Source of the DNA: Candidatus Methanospirareceae archaeon
GTDB taxonomy: Archaea; Halobacteriota; Syntropharchaeia; Alkanophagales; Methanospirareceae
DNA: 64,000 bases
NCBI GenBank assembly: GCA_049975405.1
Contig: JBNGDK010000004.1
Location: 270-64,269 of the forward strand
Direction of reading: 5' to 3'
Shown: positions 18,100-28,971 of the stretch, piece by piece
Layout of the letters: each line of letters starts with the position of its first letter
How positions within the stretch are numbered: position 1 is the stretch's first letter
Program-made: the position numbers and the translations under genes
Notes under the pieces: generated by a model
Seen by the model: the letters and a program-made list of their open reading frames with translations, nothing else
What the model was told of the DNA's origin: nothing
The model's database searches: none

Positions 18100-18945
18100 A
18101 TGCCCGCCTCGCAGGATCGCTCCGCGGTCATTAAAGTCTCTGAATTGACGCACTATCTCGTATGTCCGCGGCTGGTCTATTTCAACGCTCGGGGTACGGA
18201 ACGACCTGCACACGCGCAGATAAACGAACGGAACACTATCGAGCATGTGCTCTTTAAAGAGCTGGGTTTCAACTGGCAAAAACTCTGTTTGGGCGATGCA
18301 GTAAATGCATCAGAGTACAGGGATCGAAGACCTGGTGCACTGATTGAGCAGACGCTGGCGGAAATCATCGAGGATATCGAATGGATTTATAAGGACGAAT
18401 TGTGTGCGGTGAACGAAGATCTTCTCGAGCGTGTGAAAACGGACTTTATGGAGCTGGTCAGTACCCCTGATTGGCTCAGGCGGCTGCGATCAGATGATGA
18501 ACTGGCGATGCTGGAGAATTCTTTCGGATTTGAGCGTGAACGCACGGTCATATCACACCGGTTAGGCCTGGTTGGGAGTATGGATAAGCTGATACGAACC
18601 GACGACGAGCATATCCCCTGCATCATCAAGACCGGAAGATGCCCCGCGTATACTGTGTGGAAACGTGATCGCATGCAGCTGGCTGCGTACGCCATGCTCC
18701 TTGAGGATGCGTATGAAACGAGGGTTCAGCGCGGCTTTGTGGAATATATACGCGCACCGGACGTTCGCACTTCAGTTATCAAGCGGAGCGATCGTGCACT
18801 TGCCCTGCAGACCGCAAAACGTGTCAAACGGGTGAAGGACGGGCTGTTCCCCGATAGGGGCGAGCATGCTCCCTGTGAGCGCTGTGTCTTCGCGACGCAG
18901 TGCGAGACGAAGAAAACCCTTCTTTCTCGATTGCTGATCCGATGA
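18100..18945 (+). CDS. Cas4-like / RecB-family PD-(D/E)xK nuclease with an Fe-S cysteine cluster (DUF83-like)
   Basis: 281 aa. The cysteines are the N-terminal YLVCPRL and the C-terminal CERCVFATQC, giving C...CxxCx5C. It also has RecB motif II D (GSMDKL) and a QxxxY motif (RMQLAAY). Confidence 0.7.
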   Translation: MPASQDRSAVIKVSELTHYLVCPRLVYFNARGTERPAHAQINERNTIEHVLFKELGFNWQKLCLGDAVNASEYRDRRPGALIEQTLAEIIEDIEWIYKDELCAVNEDLLERVKTDFMELVSTPDWLRRLRSDDELAMLENSFGFERERTVISHRLGLVGSMDKLIRTDDEHIPCIIKTGRCPAYTVWKRDRMQLAAYAMLLEDAYETRVQRGFVEYIRAPDVRTSVIKRSDRALALQTAKRVKRVKDGLFPDRGEHAPCERCVFATQCETKKTLLSRLLIR

Positions 18946-18969
18946 GTGAAATATGACGTAAAAGTTACA

Positions 18970-19731
18970 TCACTGCGTGCCACGCTTTGCACGCATCTTC
19001 TCGGTCATTCGCTGGAATTGCTCGGACGGCTTAGCGGTTCCCGCGGTACTCAATGGAACAGCCTCTGCAATCCCGCGCAGTATCTCCGTGGGGATTGATG
19101 CAACCATAAGATCAGAATCCCAGTGCTCCATCCGACGTGCACTGATGTCGCCAACCGAGAGATTGAAGTTCCCGGAGATGAGCGGGTAGGTCACCGTGCT
19201 CCAGCAGAGCGGCCCCCGCATCTCGAGCGAGGGCGTTTTCCCGTCCCAGAACTGGTTCAGCGTAAGGAGTCGTGCAGCCTGTTCGGCATCGACCAGCAGC
19301 AGCACAAGATCGGGCCGAAATACACGCTTTGCCACGGGATAAAAGTATACGTGCGTGGCCAGCCCTATTGGTGGCCGCGCGAACTTCTCAGTCTCTGCGC
19401 TCGATCGAACCGCAGTCTTCACGTCATACCAGAGCTTCTCACCTTCCACGAGCATCTGCCACGGTATGGTGCTTCGCTGGGTAAGACCGATATGGCGCCT
19501 GCCGCCTGAGCAGGCGCAGCGGTCTTCCGTGAGCATAATGACCGCACCGTCCGCTGCCCTCAGTATCGCACCACAGACCGTATAGCTCCCCGGTTCGGGC
19601 TCCATAGCCGGCGGTTCGTCCGTATACGTAACGCCAATGGGCGCTTTTCGTATGCCCAGCGCGTCCGCAATTATCCGCACCAGTTCGGGATAGTCGTTCA
19701 TCATGCTTCGCTCCTCATTCAGTCCTCTCAA
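18970..19731 (-). CDS. DUF169-family protein (conserved archaeal, function unknown)
   Basis: 253 aa whose overall pattern resembles COG2043/DUF169. Confidence 0.5.
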   Translation of the reverse strand: MRGLNEERSMMNDYPELVRIIADALGIRKAPIGVTYTDEPPAMEPEPGSYTVCGAILRAADGAVIMLTEDRCACSGGRRHIGLTQRSTIPWQMLVEGEKLWYDVKTAVRSSAETEKFARPPIGLATHVYFYPVAKRVFRPDLVLLLVDAEQAARLLTLNQFWDGKTPSLEMRGPLCWSTVTYPLISGNFNLSVGDISARRMEHWDSDLMVASIPTEILRGIAEAVPLSTAGTAKPSEQFQRMTEKMRAKRGTQ

Positions 19732-19854
19732 TGAACACTCTAAGTCCTACCAGACTTAAGTAGATGGAGCACGAATAAGACTTGGTCGGTAACGCCCCTG
19801 GTGATCTCTGATCCCGGAGCTTTACCGTACTATCACTCGTGAGAGGTATGCAAA

Positions 19855-21012
19855 ATGGAAGAGCGAGGTATGAGCAGGGAGGCAGTTGAGTCACTGCTTC
19901 AGGAGAAGAAGTTGATGGACCTGTCGTACGAGCGAATTTTGAGCTCTATGTGCACGTATCCGCACGATATCGCGATCTACGCGCACAAGCTGTTCTTGGA
20001 ATCGAATCTCGGTGATTCTGACCTCTTTCCCGGAACGAAGGAGATGGAGGATAAAGTCGTTCGCATGATCGGCTCGCTACTCAGTAAAGGAGATGCGGCC
20101 GGCTACATCTCCACCGGTGGTACCGAATCGAATATCCAGGCCATACGCGCGATCCGGAACCGGAGACGGAAAGAAGGCCTGAGCGATGTGAACATCATCG
20201 TACCAAAAACCGCTCATTTCTCGTTTGAGAAGATTGCGGACCTCCTGAACCTCGAGGTGCGGCAGGCTTCGCTGGATCCACAGCTCAAAGTGGACGTGCA
20301 TGCGGTGGAACGACTGATTGACCATAACACGATCGCGCTGGTGGGCATAGCAGGAACGACAGAATTCGGACAGATAGATCCGATAGATAAGCTCTCGGCG
20401 CTCGCATGCGAACGAGATCTCTTCCTGCTCGTGGATGCGGCCTTTGGGGGGTTCGTGATACCGTTTCTCGAGCAGCACTATGCCTTCGACTTCGCGCTCG
20501 ACGGCGTGAGTGCCATCACGGTCGACCCGCATAAGATGGGCATGAGCACACTCGGCGCGGGCTGCCTCCTGTTCCGCGATCCGACGTTCCTGGATGAGTT
20601 GATGGTGGCAACGCCTTATTTGATCACCAAGCAGCAGTACTCGCTCGTCGGCACGAGAAGCGGCGCGTCCACTGCAGCGACGTACGCCGTGCTCAAATAT
20701 CTCGGTCGAGAGGGGCTCCAGGAAATGGTGCACGAATGTATGCGGCTCACGAGGTTACTGATACGCGGAACAAAGCGGCTTGGCATCTTCCCGGTCATCG
20801 AGCCCATAATGAATGTCGTGACTCTACGGTTATCGGAGGCCGATTTAGAGCGCGTGAGGAGGGCGCTGGAAGAACGGCGGTGGCATGTATCAATAACGCG
20901 AAGTCCCCGAGCTCTGCGGCTCGTAATCATGCCGCATACTGATGAAGAGACGATACAATACTTCCTGGAGGATCTGGAGGAGATCGTTGAGCAGCACGGT
21001 GGGGTAAGGTAA
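19855..21012 (+). CDS. mfnA: Group II PLP-dependent decarboxylase: MfnA-type tyrosine or aspartate decarboxylase
   Basis: 385 aa. It has an STGGTESN loop and a PLP lysine in DPHKMG. The short length and this motif are typical of archaeal MfnA. Confidence 0.8.
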   Translation: MEERGMSREAVESLLQEKKLMDLSYERILSSMCTYPHDIAIYAHKLFLESNLGDSDLFPGTKEMEDKVVRMIGSLLSKGDAAGYISTGGTESNIQAIRAIRNRRRKEGLSDVNIIVPKTAHFSFEKIADLLNLEVRQASLDPQLKVDVHAVERLIDHNTIALVGIAGTTEFGQIDPIDKLSALACERDLFLLVDAAFGGFVIPFLEQHYAFDFALDGVSAITVDPHKMGMSTLGAGCLLFRDPTFLDELMVATPYLITKQQYSLVGTRSGASTAATYAVLKYLGREGLQEMVHECMRLTRLLIRGTKRLGIFPVIEPIMNVVTLRLSEADLERVRRALEERRWHVSITRSPRALRLVIMPHTDEETIQYFLEDLEEIVEQHGGVR

Positions 21013-21147
21013 CTGCAAAGAGCAGTGATGGACCGATGGCGAATAAAAAACGCACTATGTTCGCACACTGTTAGTATATTATATAGATATGGTATAGTTA
21101 GAGCAGAGAAAAGGAGTAGCGCGCAAGTTCCGTTCCTGGACGTTCCG

Positions 21148-21810
21148 CTATATGAACGCGGAGAAATAGCGCTTCACGAACTCGTAATTCTGTTGTATTC
21201 GCTCGTAACCGATGAGTACCTCACCGTGCCCGGGCAACAGGAGCTTGGTATCCCGCCGTGAGATCTGTTCAATCGATACTTTTAGCGCTGCCGTATCGCC
21301 AAAAGGTAGATCGGTACGCCCCACGCCCCCCATAAAGATCAGATCGCCAGAGATCAGAAACTTCCGCTTGGGTGCGTAAAAGCAGATACTGCACGGCGAA
21401 TGGCCAGGTGTTTCTATGATTTCGAGCTCGAGCCCACCCGGGCTCAGCCGTTCTTCTAGTAACCGGTCAGCGGAGAATTTCTGCTCGATACCCACACCAA
21501 GGGCGTCCTGGGAGCCCTCATCCATCGCCTCGAAATACTCGACTTGCACCGGATGGAGTGCTACCTGTGCGTCTGTGACCTCCTTGAGCGCGGCCGTTGC
21601 TCCGCAGTGATCAGGATGGAGATGCGTCACCGCGATCAGGTCAATGTCCGAAGGCTCGATACCATCATCGCGCATCGCGAGCAGCCGCGGCCTGAGATAC
21701 GTTTCCATGCCAGGATCTATCAGTATCGTTTGCCCGTCCTGTATCACATACGTGTTGGCGTCAAAGAAGCCGTGTTCTCGATACCAGTAGAGCCCGTCCC
21801 GTAATTTCAT
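21148..21810 (-). CDS. MBL-fold metallo-hydrolase
   Basis: 220 aa with VTHLHPDHCG (HxHxDH) and a later GHSPCS/GD motif. Confidence 0.8.
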   Translation of the reverse strand: MKLRDGLYWYREHGFFDANTYVIQDGQTILIDPGMETYLRPRLLAMRDDGIEPSDIDLIAVTHLHPDHCGATAALKEVTDAQVALHPVQVEYFEAMDEGSQDALGVGIEQKFSADRLLEERLSPGGLELEIIETPGHSPCSICFYAPKRKFLISGDLIFMGGVGRTDLPFGDTAALKVSIEQISRRDTKLLLPGHGEVLIGYERIQQNYEFVKRYFSAFI

Positions 21811-21815
21811 GGATC

Positions 21816-22406
21816 TTAAGGCATCAGGAGTATACCGATGACGATCAAGGCTGATTCGACAAGAGCTGCAACAAAAAGGAGTGGGAGTATCAATCGCAGG
21901 TAGACGAGCAGCCCCTCACCGAGCTTGGCTTTCAACTGCCGCGATTCTTTCGGCCTCAACGCCTCGCGTGCAAGATACAGGCCAATCGCGAGGCTAATGA
22001 AGTATGCGGGGAGCTCAAACATGCCGTGTGGCACGATAGCGAGAAAGACAACCAAGCCCTCTTCATGTGCCAGCCACCCGAGTAACCCACCATTGATAAG
22101 CGTGGAGAAGATTGGAAAGATCCCCAAGAGGGGCCCTGTGAGGATATTGAGAAAGCAGGTAAAGGCGTTATTCAGGAAGATCACGACGAAGAACATCACG
22201 AAGATGACCCAAGAGGGGTAGCGTTCAGTGAGATCCTCGATGCCCTCGCTCAGCTCCTGCAGCCAGGCCAGTGAGTCACTGAAGAGGTCACTGAAGTATT
22301 CCAGATAGCCCACAGCCACCGCGGCAACAAAGAGGATACAGACGATCAAGAGGTAATATCTAAGCGAATAGAGATACTCACGCAGTGATACAACATCGTC
22401 CGGCAT
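21816..22406 (-). CDS. SpoIIM-like / DUF95 integral membrane protein
   Basis: 196 aa with about 4-5 TM helices and DUF95-like topology. Confidence 0.55.
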   Translation of the reverse strand: MPDDVVSLREYLYSLRYYLLIVCILFVAAVAVGYLEYFSDLFSDSLAWLQELSEGIEDLTERYPSWVIFVMFFVVIFLNNAFTCFLNILTGPLLGIFPIFSTLINGGLLGWLAHEEGLVVFLAIVPHGMFELPAYFISLAIGLYLAREALRPKESRQLKAKLGEGLLVYLRLILPLLFVAALVESALIVIGILLMP

Positions 22407-22467
22407 TTTCTCCCTTCTTAGTTAGTCCGCAGAGCATATATAGCTGGCTGGATGATGCAGTTCGAAG

Positions 22468-22884
22468 CTACAGCGTATAAAAGAAGGCGTACTCGGTCGC
22501 CGTTGGCAATCGCCGTCGTAATCGCCGCACATCATCCTTATTGATGAAGAGCGTCTCGCTACGCTCACCCTCATTCGCCGTACCCAATACGCGCCGTACG
22601 ATCTCGCAGTCGAGCACGCCATGCACCCGCGCGAAACCGCGCCCGTAATCAGAGGTGAGCTCAATATAGATCGGGAGCCGTAAACTCCGCTGCTCAGCCT
22701 CAGATACCAGTGTCGAGAGCTCCTCCAGCTCGCGCCGCATGATCCGGTGCAACGAGCCGTCCCGCGCTCGTACGGCCGGCTTCTCCTCGCGTAACAAGGC
22801 AAGCAGGGTCTTGCGTTCCGCGGGTAAGTGCTTGTTCAGCGCTTTGATCGCTTTAAAAAAGATACGCTCGTCTGTTCGCTCCAT
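22468..22884 (-). CDS. UPF0216/DUF61-like archaeal protein
   Basis: 138 aa with the pattern LNKHLP...RDGSLHRIMRRELE. Confidence 0.45.
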   Translation of the reverse strand: MERTDERIFFKAIKALNKHLPAERKTLLALLREEKPAVRARDGSLHRIMRRELEELSTLVSEAEQRSLRLPIYIELTSDYGRGFARVHGVLDCEIVRRVLGTANEGERSETLFINKDDVRRLRRRLPTATEYAFFYTL

Positions 22885-22985
22885 ACTGGTGTACGATAAA
22901 GAATAGTGACTCTAAAGCTTAAAGCTCAAACAACATTTAAATAGAACTACTTACATACACTCTTAACTGTAGGTGACAATACAAC

Positions 22986-24632
22986 ATGGCACAATTAGGT
23001 GGTACACCGATATTGGTGTTACGAGAAGGTAGTGAGCGAACACGAGGCAGAGATGCGCAGAACAGGAACATCCTGGCTGCGAAGACCATTGCGAACGCCG
23101 TCAAGTCCACCCTCGGGCCAAAAGGGATGGACAAGATGCTCGTTGACTCGATGGGCGACGTGGTGATCACGAACGATGGTGCGACGATCCTGAAGGAGAT
23201 GGACATCGAGCACCCAGCAGCGAAGATGATGGTCGAGATCGCAAAGACGCAGGACGAAGAGGTTGGCGATGGCACGACGAGCGCGGTGATCCTTGCCGGC
23301 GAGCTGCTCAAGCGCGCCGAGGATTTGCTGGAGCAGGAAGTGCACCCAACGCTGATCGCAACAGGATATCGTCTAGCCGCAGAGAAGGCCTACGAGATTC
23401 TTGAGGGCATGGCGGAGAAGATCTCTGTTGGGGATACGAAAACGTTAAAGAAGATCGCTATCACTTCATTGACCGGCAAGGGCGCGGGCACGGCACGCGA
23501 GATGCTGACCGATCTCGCCGTTGACGCGGTGAAGATGATCGCGGAGAAGGGTGTAAAGAAGATCGACGTTGATCATATCAAGCTGGAGAAGAAGACCGGT
23601 GGCAGTACCGAAGATACCGCTTTGATCTCCGGCATGATCGTGGACAAGGAGCGCGTGCACCCCGGCATGCCGAAGGCGCTGAAGAACGCGAAGATCGCGC
23701 TGGTCAATTCCGCGCTGGAAATCGAGAAGACCGAGGTGGATGCGAAGATCGAGATCACCGCGCCTGAGCAGCTGAAGTCGTTCCTCGAGGAAGAGGAGAA
23801 GATGCTGAAGGAGATGGTCGAGACGGTGACGGCGAGCGGTGCCAACGTGCTCTTCTGCCAGAAGGGTATTGACGACCTCGCGCAGCACTATCTGGCGAAG
23901 AAAGGAGTCTTTGCGGTACGGCGCGTGAAGGAGAGCGATATGAAGAAGCTGGCGAGCGCAACCGGCGGCAAGATCCTGACGAGCCTGGAAGAGGTGCGAC
24001 CTGAGGACCTCGGCAAAGCCGGTCTGGTAGAGGAGCGGAAGATCGGTGGAGAGGAGATGATCTTCGTTGAGGATTGCCAGAACCCGAAAGCGGTCTCAAT
24101 CTTACTGCGTGGCGGAACCGAGCATGTGGTTGACGAGCTGGAGCGCGGAATGAACGATGCGCTGCGTGTCGTTGCGGTTGCTATGGAGGATGGCAAGTAC
24201 GTTGCGGGCGGCGGAGCTGCTGAGATCGAGTTGGCGCTCAGGCTGCGCGACTACGCAGCAAGCGTTGGCGGTCGCGAGCAACTGGCCATTCAGGCGTTTG
24301 CCGATGCCATCGAGGTTATTCCGCGGTCACTGGCAGAGAACGCCGGTCTTGATCCGATTGACATGCTCGTTGCATTACGCTCGGCACACGAGCGAGGGGA
24401 GAAGACCGCAGGCCTGGACGTTTTCAAGGGCGAGCCGACCGATATGAAGAAGGCCGGTGTGATCGAGCCGCTCCGTGTGAAGACCCAGGCGATCAGCTCG
24501 GGCACAGAATCGGCAGTGATGATTCTGCGAATAGACGATGTAATCGCATCGAGCAGAGAGAAGATGCCAGGTGGTGGCGGCATGCCGCCAGGTGGCATGG
24601 GTGGCATGGGTGGCATGGAAGGGGAGTACTAA
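22986..24632 (+). CDS. ths: Thermosome subunit (group II chaperonin)
   Basis: 548 aa with the ATP motif GDGTTSAV and a C-terminal GGM repeat tail, [18 protein letters not shown]. Confidence 0.97.
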   Translation: MAQLGGTPILVLREGSERTRGRDAQNRNILAAKTIANAVKSTLGPKGMDKMLVDSMGDVVITNDGATILKEMDIEHPAAKMMVEIAKTQDEEVGDGTTSAVILAGELLKRAEDLLEQEVHPTLIATGYRLAAEKAYEILEGMAEKISVGDTKTLKKIAITSLTGKGAGTAREMLTDLAVDAVKMIAEKGVKKIDVDHIKLEKKTGGSTEDTALISGMIVDKERVHPGMPKALKNAKIALVNSALEIEKTEVDAKIEITAPEQLKSFLEEEEKMLKEMVETVTASGANVLFCQKGIDDLAQHYLAKKGVFAVRRVKESDMKKLASATGGKILTSLEEVRPEDLGKAGLVEERKIGGEEMIFVEDCQNPKAVSILLRGGTEHVVDELERGMNDALRVVAVAMEDGKYVAGGGAAEIELALRLRDYAASVGGREQLAIQAFADAIEVIPRSLAENAGLDPIDMLVALRSAHERGEKTAGLDVFKGEPTDMKKAGVIEPLRVKTQAISSGTESAVMILRIDDVIASSREKMPGGGGMPPGGMGGMGGMEGEY

Positions 24633-24635
24633 CCA

Positions 24636-24694
24636 ATTTTTTTCCTCTTTCCTTCTTTTTTTTCTTTTTTTTCTTAGACGTTAGTTCAACTTTT
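24636..24694 (+). terminator. Oligo-T tracts, archaeal-type terminator after the thermosome gene
   Basis: Runs of 6-9 T immediately follow the thermosome stop. Confidence 0.45.
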
Positions 24695-24740
24695 TTTATA
24701 TACCAGGTAAGGATGCAAGGACAAGAAGGGGTTTTGTGAA

Positions 24741-26615
24741 ATGGAAAGGATTATTGGCATAGATCTCGGAACAACGAACTCAGAAGCGGCATTCGTGGGT
24801 GCAGGTGGCGACGTGAAAATCATACCGAGTGCCGAGGGCAGCGCATATGGTGGGAAGATGTTTCCATCGGTCGTTGCCTTTACGAAGGACGGGCAGCGGC
24901 TGGTCGGTGTAGCAGCGAAGCGACAGGCGGTCGTGAATCCAGAGGGCACGGTACGCGAAGTAAAGCGGAAGATGGGTACATCAGAGAAGATTTACGTGAA
25001 GACCGTGGATAAAGAGTTTACGCCGCAGGAGATCTCCGCGATGGTGCTGCAGAAGATCAAGACGGACGCGGAGGCGTATCTGGGTGAGAAGATCAACGCG
25101 GCAGTGATCACCGTGCCGGCCTATTTCGATGATAACCAGCGGCAGGCGACAAAGGACGCTGGTGAAATTGCCGGGTTTGAGGTGAAGCGGATAATAAATG
25201 AGCCCACAGCGGCCGCCATGGCTTACGGGCTCGGCAAGGAAGGCGAATACAAGGTCGTCGTCCTCGATTTCGGCGGCGGCACATTCGACGTCACGATCAT
25301 GGAGATAGGCGAAGGCGTCTTCGAAGTGCTTGCCACGAACGGGGATACGCAGCTCGGCGGCACGGACATAGATGCTGCGATTGTCAACTGGCTGGTTGAG
25401 GGCTTCAAACAGATGGAGGGAATTGATTTACGTGCCGATTTAACAGCAGTGCAGCGCATACGGGACGAAGCGGAACGAGCGAAGATCGAACTCTCCTCAT
25501 CGGTCTCAACGAGCATCAACCTCCCATTTATTGCTGTAAAGGATGGAGAGCCGCGGCACCTGGAAGAGACCCTGACGCGAGCGAAATTAGAGGAATTAGC
25601 CGAGCCGACCTTGAGACGGCTGGACGCGCCGATACGACAGGCCCTGAAAGATGCGAAGCTCTCGGCTGCGGAGATCGACAGGATTATTCTTATCGGCGGG
25701 CCAACGCGTATGCCGATCGTAAAGGAGCGATTCGAGCGTATACTCGGCAAGAAGGTGGAGGGCGGCATTGATCCCATGCAATCCGTTGCACTCGGCGCAG
25801 CGATCCAGGCAGGCATCCTCGCAGGGCAGGTGAAGGAGGAGATCGTGCTGCTCGACGTAATACCCCTGACGCTCAGTGTGGAAACGCTTGGTGGTGTTGC
25901 CACGCCATTGATTGAGCGGAACACGACGGTTCCAACGAAGCGATCGCAAATATTCACCACCGCTGCAGATAGCCAGACGAGCGTCGAGATTCATGTCACG
26001 CAGGGCGAACGGCCAATGGCTGCGGACAATACCTCGCTGGGACGGTTCCACCTGGATGGTATTCCACCCGCACCGCGCGGTATTCCCCAGATCGAGGTAA
26101 CCTTCGATATCGATGCGAACGGTATTTTAAACGTCACGGCGAAGGATTTAGGGACCGGCAAAGAGGCTTCGATCAGAATAACCGCGTCAACAAAACTACC
26201 CAAGGAGCAGATAGACGAGATGGTGCAAGAGGCGGAGCGGTACAGCGAAGAAGATCGGAAGCGTAAAGAGGAGATAGAGCTTCGGAATCAGGCGGACTCG
26301 CTCGTCTACACCACGGAGAAGACGATCGAAGAGCTCGGTGAGAAGATCGCCGCAGACCAGCGTGAGAAGCTCGAGCGCGCGAAGGATACGCTGAAGGAAT
26401 CCTTAAAGGGTACAGATTTCGCGAAAATCAAGACGGATATGGACGAGTTGACGAAAGTACTGCATGAAGTCTCTGCAGTCATCTACCAGGAAGCGGCGAA
26501 ACAGGCCGCGGAAGCGGAAGCTGCAACGGGTACGAAAGAACCAGAAGCCGGTGAGAAGGCGGAGAGCGAATACGTGGACGTCGAGTATGACGTGAAGGAT
26601 GAGGAGGGAAAGTAA
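24741..26615 (+). CDS. dnaK: Chaperone DnaK (Hsp70)
   Basis: 624 aa with [18 protein letters not shown] and a C-terminal acidic tail. A TATA-like box TTTTTTATATACC lies about 30 nt upstream. Confidence 0.97.
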   Translation: MERIIGIDLGTTNSEAAFVGAGGDVKIIPSAEGSAYGGKMFPSVVAFTKDGQRLVGVAAKRQAVVNPEGTVREVKRKMGTSEKIYVKTVDKEFTPQEISAMVLQKIKTDAEAYLGEKINAAVITVPAYFDDNQRQATKDAGEIAGFEVKRIINEPTAAAMAYGLGKEGEYKVVVLDFGGGTFDVTIMEIGEGVFEVLATNGDTQLGGTDIDAAIVNWLVEGFKQMEGIDLRADLTAVQRIRDEAERAKIELSSSVSTSINLPFIAVKDGEPRHLEETLTRAKLEELAEPTLRRLDAPIRQALKDAKLSAAEIDRIILIGGPTRMPIVKERFERILGKKVEGGIDPMQSVALGAAIQAGILAGQVKEEIVLLDVIPLTLSVETLGGVATPLIERNTTVPTKRSQIFTTAADSQTSVEIHVTQGERPMAADNTSLGRFHLDGIPPAPRGIPQIEVTFDIDANGILNVTAKDLGTGKEASIRITASTKLPKEQIDEMVQEAERYSEEDRKRKEEIELRNQADSLVYTTEKTIEELGEKIAADQREKLERAKDTLKESLKGTDFAKIKTDMDELTKVLHEVSAVIYQEAAKQAAEAEAATGTKEPEAGEKAESEYVDVEYDVKDEEGK

Positions 26616-26732
26616 AGCGACCGCCCGTGAAGATGTTTGAGGGAGCCTTCCCTCATTCATATTATTTCCAGAATACCAGGTTCCTTTCTTTTTGCGGTAC
26701 AGCATTACGGACAGAGGCGTAACGATCAACCG

Positions 26733-28031
26733 TTATTTCTTCTCCCACAGATACAAATCCAGCACCTGCGAAAGCGTCTTACCGCGTTTTATCTCTTCTC
26801 GTACGCGTTCCTCGTTCTTCCAGACTTCCTTTGCACGCCGCGCGATCTCATAAGCACGCTCCTTGGGCACGACTACCACACCGTTGTCATCGCCGATGAT
26901 CCAATCACCCGGTCTGACCTCCTGATCACCGCAGGTGATCTCCGTGTTCAGCTCACCAAAACCTTTCGGCTCACCCGCATTTGGCACGATATAACGTGCG
27001 AAGACCGGAAACCGGATGCGCCGTATCTCGTCCACGTCCCGTGTCGCACCATCGATCACGATACCGGCGATGCCCCGCTGCTTGCAACTCCACGAGGCGA
27101 GCTCACCCCAGGGCGCGACGTCTTTCGCGCCCGCATAGGCCACGATTACCTCGCCTTCCTTTGCGGTATCTATAGCCTCAACCACCTTCGCCCAGTCGCC
27201 TTCAAAGGTCTGTACAGTGACTGCTTTGCCGACGAGCTTGATACCTTCGAAGACGGGCCGTATACCGTGCATAACGCCCTTGCGGTGCATCGCGTCCGAG
27301 ATATTAGGCGTACTCACCTGTCCAAAGAGCGCTTGAATCTCGTCATCAAGGCTCATTCTATCGTGTGCTCGTCCTGGCCGCTCTAAATCCATGCTCGCCC
27401 GAATTTGCCGCGTTGCTGCTTCCACCTCCGCCGTGCGGGTGATATTACCACCAACGATAATGACCTCAGCACCTAACCGTACGGCTTCTGCTGCCGCTTC
27501 TGCATCAATGCCACCGGCAACGGCCAAGGGGGTTGACACCGCAGCAGCTACCTGCTCGAGGAGTTGTAACGTATCCATACCTTCCATCTGCTGATCGATC
27601 CCCACGTGCACACAGAGGTAATCAACGCCGAGCGCCGCCAGTTCCCGCGCACGTTTTACCGGATCCGCTGCATTCATGAGGTCCACCATAAGTGATACAC
27701 CGTATTTCCGGGCGGAACGCACGGCGTCCTGGATCGTGGCATCATCTGCTGCGGCGAGGATCGAAACGACCGCTGCACCGGATTTCGCCGCCATCTCCAC
27801 CTCGATCGCACCGGTATCCATGATCTTCATATCAGCGACGATCTTCGCACCGGGAAACGTATCCCGTAACGTTCGAATCGCATGCATGCCCTCGCTCTTG
27901 ATCAGTGGCGTACCCGCTTCGAGCCAGTCGGCTCCACCAGCCACACATTCCTTCGCGAGCTGCACCGCACGGCCCAGTTCGGTCACGTCAAGTGCAACCT
28001 GCAGCAGTTTCCGCACCTTCGCGTTACCCAT
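26733..28031 (-). CDS. Fusion of 3-hexulose-6-phosphate synthase (N-terminal) with an RraA/DlpA-like domain (C-terminal)
   Basis: 432 aa. The N-terminal roughly 210 aa are an OMPDC-fold HPS (VALDVTEL...[10 protein letters not shown]...). The C-terminal roughly 200 aa are RraA/MenG-like ([20 protein letters not shown]...IVIDGATRD). Confidence 0.7.
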   Translation of the reverse strand: MGNAKVRKLLQVALDVTELGRAVQLAKECVAGGADWLEAGTPLIKSEGMHAIRTLRDTFPGAKIVADMKIMDTGAIEVEMAAKSGAAVVSILAAADDATIQDAVRSARKYGVSLMVDLMNAADPVKRARELAALGVDYLCVHVGIDQQMEGMDTLQLLEQVAAAVSTPLAVAGGIDAEAAAEAVRLGAEVIIVGGNITRTAEVEAATRQIRASMDLERPGRAHDRMSLDDEIQALFGQVSTPNISDAMHRKGVMHGIRPVFEGIKLVGKAVTVQTFEGDWAKVVEAIDTAKEGEVIVAYAGAKDVAPWGELASWSCKQRGIAGIVIDGATRDVDEIRRIRFPVFARYIVPNAGEPKGFGELNTEITCGDQEVRPGDWIIGDDNGVVVVPKERAYEIARRAKEVWKNEERVREEIKRGKTLSQVLDLYLWEKK

Positions 28032-28143
28032 AATTACGATAATGATATGCTAGCTCACGGTCAGTTAGCGTCAAAACGCTAGATTCGCCGCTCATTGCTC
28101 AGTTACTCTTTATGGTAACAGTATATTAATTCAGTTACGAACA

Positions 28144-28971
28144 ATGGTTCGTGAGGAATTACTCACGCTCGCCGCACGGATGATCGCCACCGCGAGCCGT
28201 GTGGTAGCCTTCACCGGGGCTGGTATCTCGGTAGAAAGCGGCATCGCGCCATTTCGAGGCAGTGACGGGCTCTGGGAAACGTATGATCCCGCAGAGTATG
28301 CACATATTAACACGTTTCGTAGCAATCCTGAGAAGGCATGGATCCTGCTAAAGGAGATGCTCGCCACGGTTTCCACGGCAGAACCAAACGCAGCGCATCG
28401 CGCGCTTGCGGAGCTCGAGCATCTGGGCAAATTGCGCTGTATCGTTACACAGAATGTAGATAGCCTGCACCAGCGAGCTGGGAGTTCAAACGTCGTTGAA
28501 TTCCACGGTTGTTTACGGCGATTCGTCTGTCTGGACTGTGCGAGAAGCTTCGAGACGGAAGAACTCATGTTCGATCTCGTGCCGTTGCGCTGCGCCTGTG
28601 GCGGCCTTTTGAAGCCCGATGTTATCTTCTTCGGCGAGCCCATCCCCACAGATACGCTATTCCGTGCGGAATCCGTAGCATGCACCTGCGATGCGATGCT
28701 CGTGATCGGCACCTCAGCCATTGTCCAGCCAGCCGCAAGCTTACCGCTGATCGCTTGGAAGGCAGGCGCAAAAGTCATTGAGGTGAATACTGAGCCAACC
28801 ACCTTCACGGCGCTCGTCTCCGATTATTTTTTGGCCGGGGATGCGGGCGAGATCTTACAGCGCATGGTTGCGGAAGTACGGCGAATGATTCACCAGGAGG
28901 GGTTGGAAGCGAGCGACCGGTTTAAGCCAATGGAGGAGCGTGCTCATGCGGATAGAGATTCTGGGCACTGA
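28144..28971 (+). CDS. cobB: NAD-dependent protein deacetylase, Sir2 family (CobB)
   Basis: 275 aa with GAGISVESGIAPFRG, TQNVDSLH and a Zn ribbon (CxxC...CxC). Confidence 0.85.
   Translation: MVREELLTLAARMIATASRVVAFTGAGISVESGIAPFRGSDGLWETYDPAEYAHINTFRSNPEKAWILLKEMLATVSTAEPNAAHRALAELEHLGKLRCIVTQNVDSLHQRAGSSNVVEFHGCLRRFVCLDCARSFETEELMFDLVPLRCACGGLLKPDVIFFGEPIPTDTLFRAESVACTCDAMLVIGTSAIVQPAASLPLIAWKAGAKVIEVNTEPTTFTALVSDYFLAGDAGEILQRMVAEVRRMIHQEGLEASDRFKPMEERAHADRDSGH

Noticed and set aside
23019-24616. ORFs antisense to the thermosome gene (including 24290-24616, encoding [11 protein letters not shown]...)
   Set aside because: This is the mirror image of the thermosome C-terminal GGM repeat. 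The GGM tail is a normal feature of group II chaperonins, not a separate gene.
25223-26203. Three minus-strand ORFs inside dnaK
   Set aside because: These are shadow frames of a highly conserved gene, with no start context or domain.
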